From NCBI GenBank assembly GCA_038861545.1, contig JAWCCZ010000007.1, positions 1 through 38,989 on the forward strand: a stretch of 38,989 bases of DNA, in the 5' to 3' direction. How positions within the stretch are numbered: the stretch's first letter is position 1; every line of letters starts with the position of its first letter. This stretch comes from Thermofilaceae archaeon (lineage in GTDB: Archaea > Thermoproteota > Thermoprotei > Thermofilales > Thermofilaceae). The notes under the pieces are model-generated. The model was not told the DNA's origin. It did no database searches and saw only the letters and a list, made by a program, of their open reading frames with translations. The position numbers and the translations under genes are program-made. Below are positions 17,562 to 27,123 of this stretch, piece after piece.

Positions 17562-18200
17562 GTGCACCTGGTCTTCATAGGTCCTCCAGGTATAGGTAAG
17601 GGGACTTATGCAGCTGCCATATCGCAAAGATATGGGATTCCACATGTATCCACTGGCGATATCCTACGGGATGAGGTAAAGAAGGGTACTGAACTGGGTA
17701 AAAGGGTTAAAGAATACCTAGATAGGGGTGCTCTGGTACCCGATGAACTTATCATTGAGATAGTTAGAAAGAGGCTAAATCAGGAAGATTGTAAACACGG
17801 GTTTATCCTAGACGGTTTCCCGAGGACTATAAAGCAAGCAGAGGAACTAGATAAAATCACGAAAATAGACCTAGTGTTTAACTTCATTGCGCCTGAAGAA
17901 GTTATTATAGATCGAATCAGTGGTAGGAGGATTTGCAGGGTTTGCGGTGCGATTTACCATGTAAAATATATACCTCCGAAAGTTCCAGGCATATGTGATA
18001 AGTGTGGAGGCGAGCTCTACCAGAGAGATGACGATAAACCTGAGGTTGTAAGGAAAAGACTTGAAGTGTTCAAAGCTCAGTTTGAACCAATTATAAACTA
18101 TTATAGGGGTAAGAGGCTTTTGGTTGAGATTGATGCGAGTGAGCAAGCAGATATCGTAGTTCCAAAGGTCATATCGGTCTTAGAGAGCATAAGTGAATGA
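17562..18200 (+). CDS. adk: Adenylate kinase, bacterial-type long form with Zn-binding LID
   Basis: GPPGIGKGT, HVSTGDILR, GFILDGFPRT, LID CRVC...CDKC, QRDDD. Confidence 0.95.
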   Translation: MHLVFIGPPGIGKGTYAAAISQRYGIPHVSTGDILRDEVKKGTELGKRVKEYLDRGALVPDELIIEIVRKRLNQEDCKHGFILDGFPRTIKQAEELDKITKIDLVFNFIAPEEVIIDRISGRRICRVCGAIYHVKYIPPKVPGICDKCGGELYQRDDDKPEVVRKRLEVFKAQFEPIINYYRGKRLLVEIDASEQADIVVPKVISVLESISE

Positions 18201-18247
18201 AAACTATTAAAGCTAGGGACTAAAAAAAAAGAAGCAGGAGGACAGCA

Positions 18248-20173
18248 ATGGGAATGACTAGTTTTTCAGATACGGGTGTGACTCGGAGGACGCTTATACT
18301 AATCGCTCTTCTCATGGCGCTGTTGGTCCCCTCTAACCTGTACATAACGCTAGTTGGTGGCGCATTCGGCGTACTGCAAACTTATACTTTGGTATTGCTT
18401 TTCGTATACATTAGCAGGTACCTCGGTGCAGATCTTACGAAACGGGAAGTATACGCTCTTTTCTACGCATTATCGTACTCGACGATATACTTTAATGCGT
18501 ACCCGCTTCTATACAGGGCATACTTACGGGTTAGCGAGATTACTAACTCATTTATTATCGGAGGAGAACCTGTTTCATCACTTCTACCGGCATGGTTTGC
18601 TCCTCCAGCCGGCTCTCCCGTGTTCAAGATACGCACCCTTTTCCATCCAGACATGCTGTATCCGCTTGCTGTATCCTTAGTGTTCACGGCGCTTTGGCTT
18701 GTAGCGGAGCTCTCCATGATAATGCTCTCCTCTTTTCTCTTCGTGGAGGTTGAAGCCCTGCCTTACCCTTTAGCGCAGGTAGATTCCACGTATATTACAA
18801 TGATATCCGATAGACCTTCAGAATGGCTTAGGGGTTTCCTGCCCTCAGTCATCTTGACGTTGTTCCTCGCTACTCTAATTTACCTTCCAAGCATAGGAGC
18901 AATAGTAGGTCTTCCAGCCCCCCCAATTGGCTTTTATGATTTTTCCCAGCAGATAGCCGACTATTTACCGGGCGCGGCTCTTGGGATATACTTTTACCCT
19001 TGGGTTTTTCTTTGGGGTTTCATGATTCCATTCAACGTGGCTGCTACGGCTTTAGTGACGTCCGTAATCATATGGGTATTCCTTAACTCTTTATTCATAA
19101 CAACTCCTCTCCTAAGAGCGATTTTCCCCGATTGGGCTAAAGAGTACGAGAAGGGAATGAGCCACTGGTTAATCGTCGAAAGATCGACCTTGAGAATCTG
19201 GGCCCCTATCCAGCTCGGGGCTCAGCTAGCCTTAGCCTTAACATTAGTTGTCAGGTACCGTAGAGAAATAGCTAGAGCTTTGATCGCGCTGGCTAAGGGC
19301 GGCACAGCGACTGCTCGAGGCTATCCTTCTCTTAAAGTTCTTCTAGGAGCCTTTTTCTTAACTACTGGGTTGATTGTTCTTTTATACGACATGTTGCTTC
19401 CTGGCCTTCCTATTTACTATATTGCTCTAATCGGGATAGGCTTAGGGCTACTCATACCATTAACAAATGCCTACATGACTGGTACTACGGGCTCCGGCTT
19501 CGGTACACCTCCATATACTTGGCAATTCATTGTATACTCTCAAATTGGCAAGATCCCTCCATCCACTCAAGTGGCCTCTATACTATACTCGATGCCAACC
19601 ATAGGCAGCATGGCTGGCAGTGGGGCTCATGCAATAAAAGTAGCACATTTAGTAGGAGTTAAACCCACCGACTTAATCAAAGTTATTGTAATAGCCTTCT
19701 CAATAGGTACTATTGCCAACTTATTTGTAGTGGATGCGCTATGGAGACTTGCCCCCATACCTAGCATGGCTTACCCAGAGACTGTCAGGATAAGGGATAC
19801 CACAGTTTATGATTGTATTGTGGCATCCGGGTTGCTGCCTTTAAAACCTGACATAATATTGCCAGCGCTCGGATTGTTCCTAGTAATTTTCGCGACCCTT
19901 GAAACATTAAACGTTTTTCTACGCTTGCCGGTACCTATCTCAGGTGTAGCTTTGGGTTTAAGCTATCAGCCTGCTACCACTATAGTGTTGTTCCTCTCTT
20001 CACTCACTAGCTATGTAATAATTCCCAAGCTGCTTGGAAGGGAACGTTCGGCTAGATGGGGGGCTTTTAGAGGCGTGTTAGTATCAGGTGCATGGCTCGG
20101 TGATGCTATAGCTAACTCTATTTTTACGTTGTTGGGCTTAATAGGTAGGGCAGCTTGGACATGGCCGTGGTGA
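18248..20173 (+). CDS. OPT-superfamily-like polytopic membrane protein
   Basis: 641 aa, roughly 15-17 hydrophobic segments; G.T.R.L N-terminus, L...E motif, E.LPYPLA motif typical of OPT-like proteins. Confidence 0.7.
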   Translation: MGMTSFSDTGVTRRTLILIALLMALLVPSNLYITLVGGAFGVLQTYTLVLLFVYISRYLGADLTKREVYALFYALSYSTIYFNAYPLLYRAYLRVSEITNSFIIGGEPVSSLLPAWFAPPAGSPVFKIRTLFHPDMLYPLAVSLVFTALWLVAELSMIMLSSFLFVEVEALPYPLAQVDSTYITMISDRPSEWLRGFLPSVILTLFLATLIYLPSIGAIVGLPAPPIGFYDFSQQIADYLPGAALGIYFYPWVFLWGFMIPFNVAATALVTSVIIWVFLNSLFITTPLLRAIFPDWAKEYEKGMSHWLIVERSTLRIWAPIQLGAQLALALTLVVRYRREIARALIALAKGGTATARGYPSLKVLLGAFFLTTGLIVLLYDMLLPGLPIYYIALIGIGLGLLIPLTNAYMTGTTGSGFGTPPYTWQFIVYSQIGKIPPSTQVASILYSMPTIGSMAGSGAHAIKVAHLVGVKPTDLIKVIVIAFSIGTIANLFVVDALWRLAPIPSMAYPETVRIRDTTVYDCIVASGLLPLKPDIILPALGLFLVIFATLETLNVFLRLPVPISGVALGLSYQPATTIVLFLSSLTSYVIIPKLLGRERSARWGAFRGVLVSGAWLGDAIANSIFTLLGLIGRAAWTWPW

Positions 20174-20177
20174 GATC

Positions 20178-23100
20178 ATGAAGTGTAAAGCCTTATATGC
20201 TTTAGTGCTGCTTGCCGTATTGCTGTCAGTGCTAGCGATTCAAGCTCAACCGGTAAGCGTCGAAGAACTTGTACGCAAAGCTTTGAGATCTTACAACTAC
20301 ACAAGGGTTTTAGAATTAGCTGAAAAAATAGCTTCGCTTGGCTCAAGAGCACCAGGGTACTCTGGTTACGAGAGCACAGTCAATCTTATAATCGAGGAAG
20401 CTCGCTCTTTGAACCTCAGAGTATACGTTCAGAATTTCACAATCCTAGCTCCCGTGGAAAGGGAAACGTATGTTGAATTGCTTGAACCAGTGCGTTTGAA
20501 ACTTAAAGCGTATAGTCTCTGGCCCAACGGGGGTATAGCCTCCAGGGTAAATTTGCAGGAGGGTTACGCTGTTTACGTAGGGAAGGGAGAGCCAGATGAG
20601 TTCAACGGCAAACTCGTTAACGGAAGTATAGTGTTAATGGACTACGGAGGGAGCGGTGATAACTGGCTTCATGCTATGAGGTTTGGAGCTAAAGCAGTCA
20701 TATACTTAGCTACAAGTGAGGCGGAGAACGAGGCTTTAAAGAAGTTCGACCCAGTGATCCCCATACCATTTATACGCTTTTTCCTAGGTCCAACTGAGTC
20801 AGCGCAGCTGAAGGAGCTTCTGGAAAAGGGACCTTTGAAAATAAAAGTTTACACCGATATGGAGCTTAAGGAGGTTACAAGTCACAATGTGCTTGTAGAG
20901 GTGCCTGGAACCAAGGCACCAAATGAAATTATGCTTTTTACTGCACACTTCGATTCATGGTGTGTTGCTCCAAGTTTAGCTAATTCCACTGAAGAAGCTT
21001 TGTCAACAGCTACGCTAATAGAACTTATGCGCTACTTGGCGGAGAATAGGGCTAGCCGAACTGCATGGTTTCTTTATACTTCGGGTCACTGGAACGGGCT
21101 TACTGGTCCAAGGGAGTTTGTACGGAACTATATACTAGCTAGGCCAGAGCTCATAAAAGGCGACAGGCTAATATGGCAAGTAATGGGCTTAGATATTTCC
21201 GTAGATTTACCATTGATTTCTCTAATTTACGTTGGACATTTCTACCAGGTGGGAAGACCTTTTATAACTACAAAGCTGTACTGGGTTCAAGGTTTAGCTG
21301 CGAGTTATTCTCCGCTTGTATCCGAGTACCTCAGCGAGATAGGGATTCCAGAATCCTCAGCTTTAAGGGCTGTTATAAGCAACCTTTCGGGGCCGATAAG
21401 GTTCCAGGATCTAGCCCATGGCCCAGACTTTATGTGGTCGAGTACAATGAGCAAACCGTACGTTCTAGACACAGAACCCTTCACTATGGCTGGCATGGCA
21501 GCTTTCACCATGAGGACTTCTTTCAGCTACCGGCCGCTTGAGGGCGAACCGATTAATGACCTAGGCTACGTTAAGTCAAGGTTCAGGGATAGAGCAATTC
21601 CACAACTCGCTTCCACTGTTGCTTTAGCAGTAGGGTTGCTGAGTGAGCCTGAAGTTAGGATCACGAAGAGCATGATCACACCTACAAGACTACACTCTCT
21701 GCTTTACTGGGGTTTTATAGATTTAGAGGTTAAGGTACATCAATACAATATTACCAAGGGTTGGTACGATCCAGTTCCCAACGCTATCGTGAGGGTCTCT
21801 CGTTCGACTTCATACCCATTCGCTTGGATGTTCGCTAAAGCCGATTATAATGGAACCGCTCTTGTGTTTGGTATCACGCCTCAAGGGCTTAATACATGGT
21901 TTGCTGACGCCTACCTGCCTATTAATGAGAGCTGGATGGTGATGCCAGCTTGGGGGTTGAGAAGCGGTGGAGCTGTATCCGGTATCAACGCCTTAGTTCA
22001 AAAGATACACGTTATTGTACAGATGCAGCCACTGGAAGTCAGGGTTCTACTGGATTTACATAATCCTCGGATTATGAGGCGCACTGTAGAGGATCCGAGG
22101 TATTGGAGCGCAAACGTATGGGCGTGGGGCGGTCTGTGGTTCTCGCAGTTTGAAAGCGAAACAGGCATGGTACCACTTTATTATTATGCTACAGTTTTTG
22201 ACAGAAGGGGAACTGGACTAGCAGGAAGCGTACCAGTGAAGCAGTTGACGTTTAGGTTGGATGCGGGCGAGCGGTGGGCTCTTGGCGTGGTTCAAGATGG
22301 TAAGCAGGTACTCACGGCGTTCGATTATGCTTCAAGCCTACATACACTGGTTAGCGGAAGGTACTCTATAGTGAGCAGCAGAGAAGTGAGAAGGTTAAGC
22401 GGGGATCTGATGCTGGAATACTCTGGAACCCATTTAGCCGCCGCTCGAGAGGCTTTGCGAGAACTAAGGTATGGTGACGCGTACCGTAATGCCTTGGCCG
22501 CGTGGAGCTACGCTACAAGGGCTTACGCAGACGAGACGATGCCTCTCTATGATGAAAGTATAAAGTCTGCAGTAACAATGGTGCCTTTCCTAGCTATTGC
22601 CGCTTACTTCCTAGAGAGGCTTCTCTTAAAGGGAGAAGGCTTCAGAATGATCTTTAACCTAATATTGTTAGAAGTGATTATGTTCATCTTTTTTGCTCTG
22701 ATACACCCAGCTTTCTGGATAGTCCCCAGCACGCTTCTCTCAGCTTTAGGCATTGGTCTTCTAGTGTTAATGGGAGTAGTTCTATGGATCTTCTACCGTG
22801 AGGCGAGGGATATAGCATCGGAGGTAGCGGCTAAGTTCCTAGGTCGGCACGAAGTAGTATCGGAGAAAACAGCTGCTACTCTCATGGCAATGTCCCTATC
22901 AACTGAGAACATGCGGAAAAGACCCTTGAGGACTGTGCTGACAATACTTCCGTTAATTGTATTTTCAATGGCGTTAGTATCACTAGCTTCACTTTCACCC
23001 TACACGGCAGCCGTAGCCTCGCCAATTCGTGAGGCAAGGGCACCTTATTATGGCATCCTAGTTAAAAGGATGTTTGGTGTACTTAACGATGCCTTGGATT

Positions 23101-24650
23101 ATCCATCGTTGGAGATGTTAAAGGCTATAGTGGGCAATTGTGGCACTGTGAACCCACGTATCTGGTACTACCCTCCTTCAATCATTGGAATGGGTCCATA
23201 CGGATTACTCATCTCCGGTAACTCTACAGCTAGAGTAACAGCAGTTCTGGGTTTAACCCCCAGCGAAGCATCTATAATTTTATCTAAGGGGATTGTAGAG
23301 GGGTTTACTGAACCTTTCTTTAGCGAGGATCAGCTAGCTATAGTCCTTCCAGCTACCTTGGCAAGTTCTTTGGGCGTTGGAGTGGGAGATGAAGTTGAGC
23401 TCCAAGGTATAAAGCTGGTTGTCACAGGTATAATATCTGAAACTACTATGGGAGTTGTCAAGGATTTCGATGCAGGTAGTTTAGCGCCTATAGATCCTCT
23501 CTTTTACAGTCAGCTTAACGGATTCTCAGTTCAATTAGGAGGTGCTGTTACGCCGCAGCCATTGTCTTGGAGCAGGCTGGTGATTGTACCTAGCGGTATA
23601 GCTAGAAAGTTGGGCGGTTTTGTATCGAGCGCTAGCGTGATCCTAGATCAGAGCTTTCCTCTACAGAAGGCTGAAGAACTAGCTCGACGTTTAGCTTACT
23701 CAATAATGATGACATGTTATCTTGGTATTAAGGATGGCAGCGTGTTCGCATATACAAGGTTTCCGACGTATGCAGCAGTCGGTTGGGAAATGATGGTAAC
23801 TCCCTTTATCTTAACTGCACTCAGCATAGTAGTTTCATTGCTCGGCAGCGTCAAAGAAAGGTCCAGAGAGCTTTTCACCTATAGTAGTGTAGGGCTATCT
23901 CCCAACGGAGCTATGCTGATGTTTCTCACAGAATTTGCGGTTTATGGTTTTCTAGGAGCTACAATAGGGTACTTTGCGGGCTGGGCTTCGAGTAAAGTGT
24001 TCAGGATTTCCGGAGTCCTACCCCTAGAGTTTGTATTCAACTATGCATCTATCGCGATAACGCTGGTAATGGCGCTCGTTCTTCTTTCAACACTTGTAGC
24101 CTCTGCTTATCCAGCCTACCTAGCGTCCAAGATTATCACGCCGTCCCTTGAAAGAAGGTGGAAAGTAGCACGTGCTCCTAGGGGAAGTATATGGGAGCTT
24201 CCCCTCCCCTTCAGAGTCCCAACTGAACAGGAAGTGCAAGCTCTTCTACTTTACATTCAGGAGTACTATACGGGAGCCGGTTACGAGAAGAGGCTTTTTA
24301 AGGTTTCAGCAGAGCCTAAGGTTAATTTACCAGAAAAACGATTAACCTTTAATGTAAGACTTTACCCCTACGATACAAGCACAGAGCAGGAAGTTAACCT
24401 TTATTTTATGAAGGAGAAAGTTGGCGGCTGGAGAGCTGGAGTTAACTTAAAGCTACTAAAGGGTTTAGGAAACATTTGGACTGGAGCTTCGCAGTACGCC
24501 TTTTTAGATGATTTCAGAAAGCAGCTGCTCTTGTGGGGTACTCTCTCCTCTGCTGAGAGAGCAAGGTACTTTAAGATGGTGGAAGAGCAGTTAAGCAAAA
24601 ATATGATGAACTCAAGTAATATGAGCGGTGAACGCGAGCCTAAGAGCTGA
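20178..24650 (+). CDS. Large membrane protein: signal peptide + M28 peptidase-fold/PA ectodomain + MacB/FtsX-like permease
   Basis: Signal peptide; LGSRAPG, PA-like VYVGKG...GAKAVIY, TAHFDS; extra TM bundle; MacB TM1 motif ENMRKRPLRTVLT; MacB-like LASSLGVGVGDEV; FtsX motif SVKERSRELF...VGLSP...FLTE and YPAYLASKI. Confidence 0.82.
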   Translation: MKCKALYALVLLAVLLSVLAIQAQPVSVEELVRKALRSYNYTRVLELAEKIASLGSRAPGYSGYESTVNLIIEEARSLNLRVYVQNFTILAPVERETYVELLEPVRLKLKAYSLWPNGGIASRVNLQEGYAVYVGKGEPDEFNGKLVNGSIVLMDYGGSGDNWLHAMRFGAKAVIYLATSEAENEALKKFDPVIPIPFIRFFLGPTESAQLKELLEKGPLKIKVYTDMELKEVTSHNVLVEVPGTKAPNEIMLFTAHFDSWCVAPSLANSTEEALSTATLIELMRYLAENRASRTAWFLYTSGHWNGLTGPREFVRNYILARPELIKGDRLIWQVMGLDISVDLPLISLIYVGHFYQVGRPFITTKLYWVQGLAASYSPLVSEYLSEIGIPESSALRAVISNLSGPIRFQDLAHGPDFMWSSTMSKPYVLDTEPFTMAGMAAFTMRTSFSYRPLEGEPINDLGYVKSRFRDRAIPQLASTVALAVGLLSEPEVRITKSMITPTRLHSLLYWGFIDLEVKVHQYNITKGWYDPVPNAIVRVSRSTSYPFAWMFAKADYNGTALVFGITPQGLNTWFADAYLPINESWMVMPAWGLRSGGAVSGINALVQKIHVIVQMQPLEVRVLLDLHNPRIMRRTVEDPRYWSANVWAWGGLWFSQFESETGMVPLYYYATVFDRRGTGLAGSVPVKQLTFRLDAGERWALGVVQDGKQVLTAFDYASSLHTLVSGRYSIVSSREVRRLSGDLMLEYSGTHLAAAREALRELRYGDAYRNALAAWSYATRAYADETMPLYDESIKSAVTMVPFLAIAAYFLERLLLKGEGFRMIFNLILLEVIMFIFFALIHPAFWIVPSTLLSALGIGLLVLMGVVLWIFYREARDIASEVAAKFLGRHEVVSEKTAATLMAMSLSTENMRKRPLRTVLTILPLIVFSMALVSLASLSPYTAAVASPIREARAPYYGILVKRMFGVLNDALDYPSLEMLKAIVGNCGTVNPRIWYYPPSIIGMGPYGLLISGNSTARVTAVLGLTPSEASIILSKGIVEGFTEPFFSEDQLAIVLPATLASSLGVGVGDEVELQGIKLVVTGIISETTMGVVKDFDAGSLAPIDPLFYSQLNGFSVQLGGAVTPQPLSWSRLVIVPSGIARKLGGFVSSASVILDQSFPLQKAEELARRLAYSIMMTCYLGIKDGSVFAYTRFPTYAAVGWEMMVTPFILTALSIVVSLLGSVKERSRELFTYSSVGLSPNGAMLMFLTEFAVYGFLGATIGYFAGWASSKVFRISGVLPLEFVFNYASIAITLVMALVLLSTLVASAYPAYLASKIITPSLERRWKVARAPRGSIWELPLPFRVPTEQEVQALLLYIQEYYTGAGYEKRLFKVSAEPKVNLPEKRLTFNVRLYPYDTSTEQEVNLYFMKEKVGGWRAGVNLKLLKGLGNIWTGASQYAFLDDFRKQLLLWGTLSSAERARYFKMVEEQLSKNMMNSSNMSGEREPKS

Positions 24651-24716
24651 TACCTTTCCCCGATTAAACTTCTACACTACTTTTACTTCTATTATATCTT
24701 AATCTTTGCAAGTGGA

Positions 24717-25679
24717 TTAGTATGGATGCTTAAGCTCTAAGCTTAGTCCCGTAGTCTCCTCTAGAAGCTTCCCTTTACTCTCAAACCTATGCTTGTCGAC
24801 TCCTCTAGCAGTTACCAATAACTTATTGGTTTCTAAGGCTGTTCCCCAGTATTCTTCCTTTCCGTAAATATTAGTGAAAGAGTCAGCGAGTCGGAGTATA
24901 GCTGTTAAGAGTAGTCCATCTTTGCCAAAGTCTGTGTATAGAGGATCTTGCTCGGGATTTGAACGCCTGCGATGGTGCTTAACGAGAAACACTGTCAGCT
25001 TGGGGTCTACTATGGTACTTAAAGTTTCAACGTGGTGTTCAAGAATTCTAACACCAGTCTCTTCATGCTTGTATTCAGCGAAGAATCTTCCTAAATCGTG
25101 AAGCAAACCAGCCGCGTAAAGCGCTTTTAACTCCTCATCCTCCGGTTTAAACAGTTCTCCTAACGCTGTCAGTAAATCTAGGGAGAGATTTGCAACCGTT
25201 GAAGCATGCTCAACTCCAGCACCAAACTCATACAATTTACCTAACTCGTAAAGTTGATGAACTACTTCCATGCCCATTTTACTGACCAGCCTACTATACC
25301 AGGTGAGGGCTAAGTCCTGAGTAAGGGTTAAGGGTCCAGGTAGCGTCGAGTTAACATTTAAAGCCATAAGCGCGATGCCAGCTATTAGGTAGCTTCTGTT
25401 ATCGAGATCACCTGACCCTTGGATTAAAATGTTATGGTCACTTTTCACGATTGGTTTAACGACGAGTGCCAGTTCATTAAGTTCTTCGACCGGTCTAACA
25501 CCTGAAGGAGGGAGGATGAACTCTATAACTGGCACACCGACCCGCCCGATTTCTCTAAGGGAACCCGTGCACGAGGAATCAACAATAATGATCGTTGCAA
25601 TTTTTTTCTCTAAAATATCAGTTGTACTCAGAGAAGAGGTGCAGGGCGAGATGATAAATGGACCGACTTTCACAACCAT
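24717..25679 (-). CDS. HD-domain protein (Ppx/GppA C-terminal-like) with a possible degenerate DSP-like N-terminal domain
   Basis: EHASTVA...AAGLLHDLG...KHE...KHHRR...LRLADS HD signature. Confidence 0.75.
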   Translation of the reverse strand: MVVKVGPFIISPCTSSLSTTDILEKKIATIIIVDSSCTGSLREIGRVGVPVIEFILPPSGVRPVEELNELALVVKPIVKSDHNILIQGSGDLDNRSYLIAGIALMALNVNSTLPGPLTLTQDLALTWYSRLVSKMGMEVVHQLYELGKLYEFGAGVEHASTVANLSLDLLTALGELFKPEDEELKALYAAGLLHDLGRFFAEYKHEETGVRILEHHVETLSTIVDPKLTVFLVKHHRRRSNPEQDPLYTDFGKDGLLLTAILRLADSFTNIYGKEEYWGTALETNKLLVTARGVDKHRFESKGKLLEETTGLSLELKHPY

Positions 25680-25712
25680 CCGCTCGCGTGGTGTCTAAGC
25701 GCTATATAAAAA

Positions 25713-27122
25713 CTAACTTCTCTTAAGTTTAGCTTTTCGTGGATCTAAAGTATTCCAATCAATAAAGTATCCAAGTTTCTCGAGGATCTCGACAGCATCC
25801 CCCATGCTTATACCCGCATCCTCTAGATTTTTTACAGCCTCTTGGAGAGTTTTGCCGGAGAGATCGGGGAGCCTCGTCTTTAGGGTTTCTAAGTCGATGT
25901 CAAATGTTTTCCCTTTTTGCCGTGGCTCACCAAGAAAACGTTTTAATAGCGGGTATATATCGGCGCCCCTCAGCCTCCGTTTGAATAAAATAACCTCATG
26001 TGGCAGTTGCTTGAGCGATGAGCAAGCTAATTCTTCATCCACAGCTACTATCATCTTCACATCCTTTAGCTTGCGCAGCTTCTCTAGCTTTCTTTCCAGG
26101 TACTCTTTCGTCCAAAAACCCACTATCTCTATGTAAACTTTTAGTTCACCTGAAGTCACCGAGAAATCAGGAATGAAGATTTTGTTGTCTACTACTAAAG
26201 GTTCTGGCTCCCTCTCTACCTTCCAGCTAGGCGCTAGCCTAGATAAGCTCTTGTAAAACTCTTTCTCAACTTCACTGTCAAAAACCGGCTCCAGTTCTAG
26301 CATTTCGATAGCGAAAAGTTCTCTCTGGGAGCTGTCAAGCTGGAACAGTAACTTTCGATTGCGGCTCAGTATGTCGGCTCTAATTTCCCACTGGTCAGCA
26401 GACATTATGTAGGGTACCAGTTTCGCAAGCCTAATCCCATACCTCCTTACTTGCCGGAGGAGTGATGCAGGTCCATCGATCTGCAGTCGCACACTACTAT
26501 CTGGCGAGCTTTCCGCCATGTATAGGAGCCCCAGCATCTTAGTGTACCTTAACAGTTGCTTGGTGAGCAAGCCGCCGCTTTTAACCTTAAAGTCAAGCTG
26601 AGTCGCTTTAAAGAGTAGTGTTTGAACCATAGAAAGGTTAAACTTCCTTACCAGATCCTCTGGCGTCAGTGAAGGGGCTTTTACCAACACTTCCTCCTGG
26701 TACTTCTCCAATGCTAATTCTAAATCTTCAACCCTGCAACCAAGCCTTGCCGCTACTTTCTTTAACACGACTTTACGCTCTTCTTCCCCTACAACGACCC
26801 CAAAGTTCTTACCAACTTCCTCAAAGATTTCAAATCTGGCCCTCAAGGGATCTACTGGAAGCTTTACTGGTTCAAACATAGCGGCCCTAGCTGCAAGCGT
26901 CATCATCGCTTTCACAACCCTGAGATCTAGACCCGATTCTAGTGCTAGCTCTTCAAGCTCTTGGAGTGATATTTCAATTTCCTTTAAAGTTCTCCCTATA
27001 CTCTCAGCGAACTTCGCTAGGATCTCTGATGCTATGGCTAATGGCAGTCCCTCAGGCTCTAAGAGAAGCGGCTCTACTCGGCTTTTCTTAACACTAGCGA
27101 CTAGCAGGTTGGATGGAAGCAT
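25713..27122 (-). CDS. bax1: Bax1 endonuclease (DUF790 family)
   Basis: MLPSNLL start (ORF track starts at 27134); N.S..QTLLF, DGPASL...RRYG, FDS.VE, REPEPL...FIPDF...IEIVGFW; adjacent to xpb. Confidence 0.9.
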   Translation of the reverse strand: MLPSNLLVASVKKSRVEPLLLEPEGLPLAIASEILAKFAESIGRTLKEIEISLQELEELALESGLDLRVVKAMMTLAARAAMFEPVKLPVDPLRARFEIFEEVGKNFGVVVGEEERKVVLKKVAARLGCRVEDLELALEKYQEEVLVKAPSLTPEDLVRKFNLSMVQTLLFKATQLDFKVKSGGLLTKQLLRYTKMLGLLYMAESSPDSSVRLQIDGPASLLRQVRRYGIRLAKLVPYIMSADQWEIRADILSRNRKLLFQLDSSQRELFAIEMLELEPVFDSEVEKEFYKSLSRLAPSWKVEREPEPLVVDNKIFIPDFSVTSGELKVYIEIVGFWTKEYLERKLEKLRKLKDVKMIVAVDEELACSSLKQLPHEVILFKRRLRGADIYPLLKRFLGEPRQKGKTFDIDLETLKTRLPDLSGKTLQEAVKNLEDAGISMGDAVEILEKLGYFIDWNTLDPRKAKLKRS

Positions 27123-27123
27123 C

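Noticed and set aside
18222-18230. A9 tract as a phase-variation switch for the OPT-like gene
   Set aside because: It lies in the non-coding leader, and nothing in the sequence indicates length variation.
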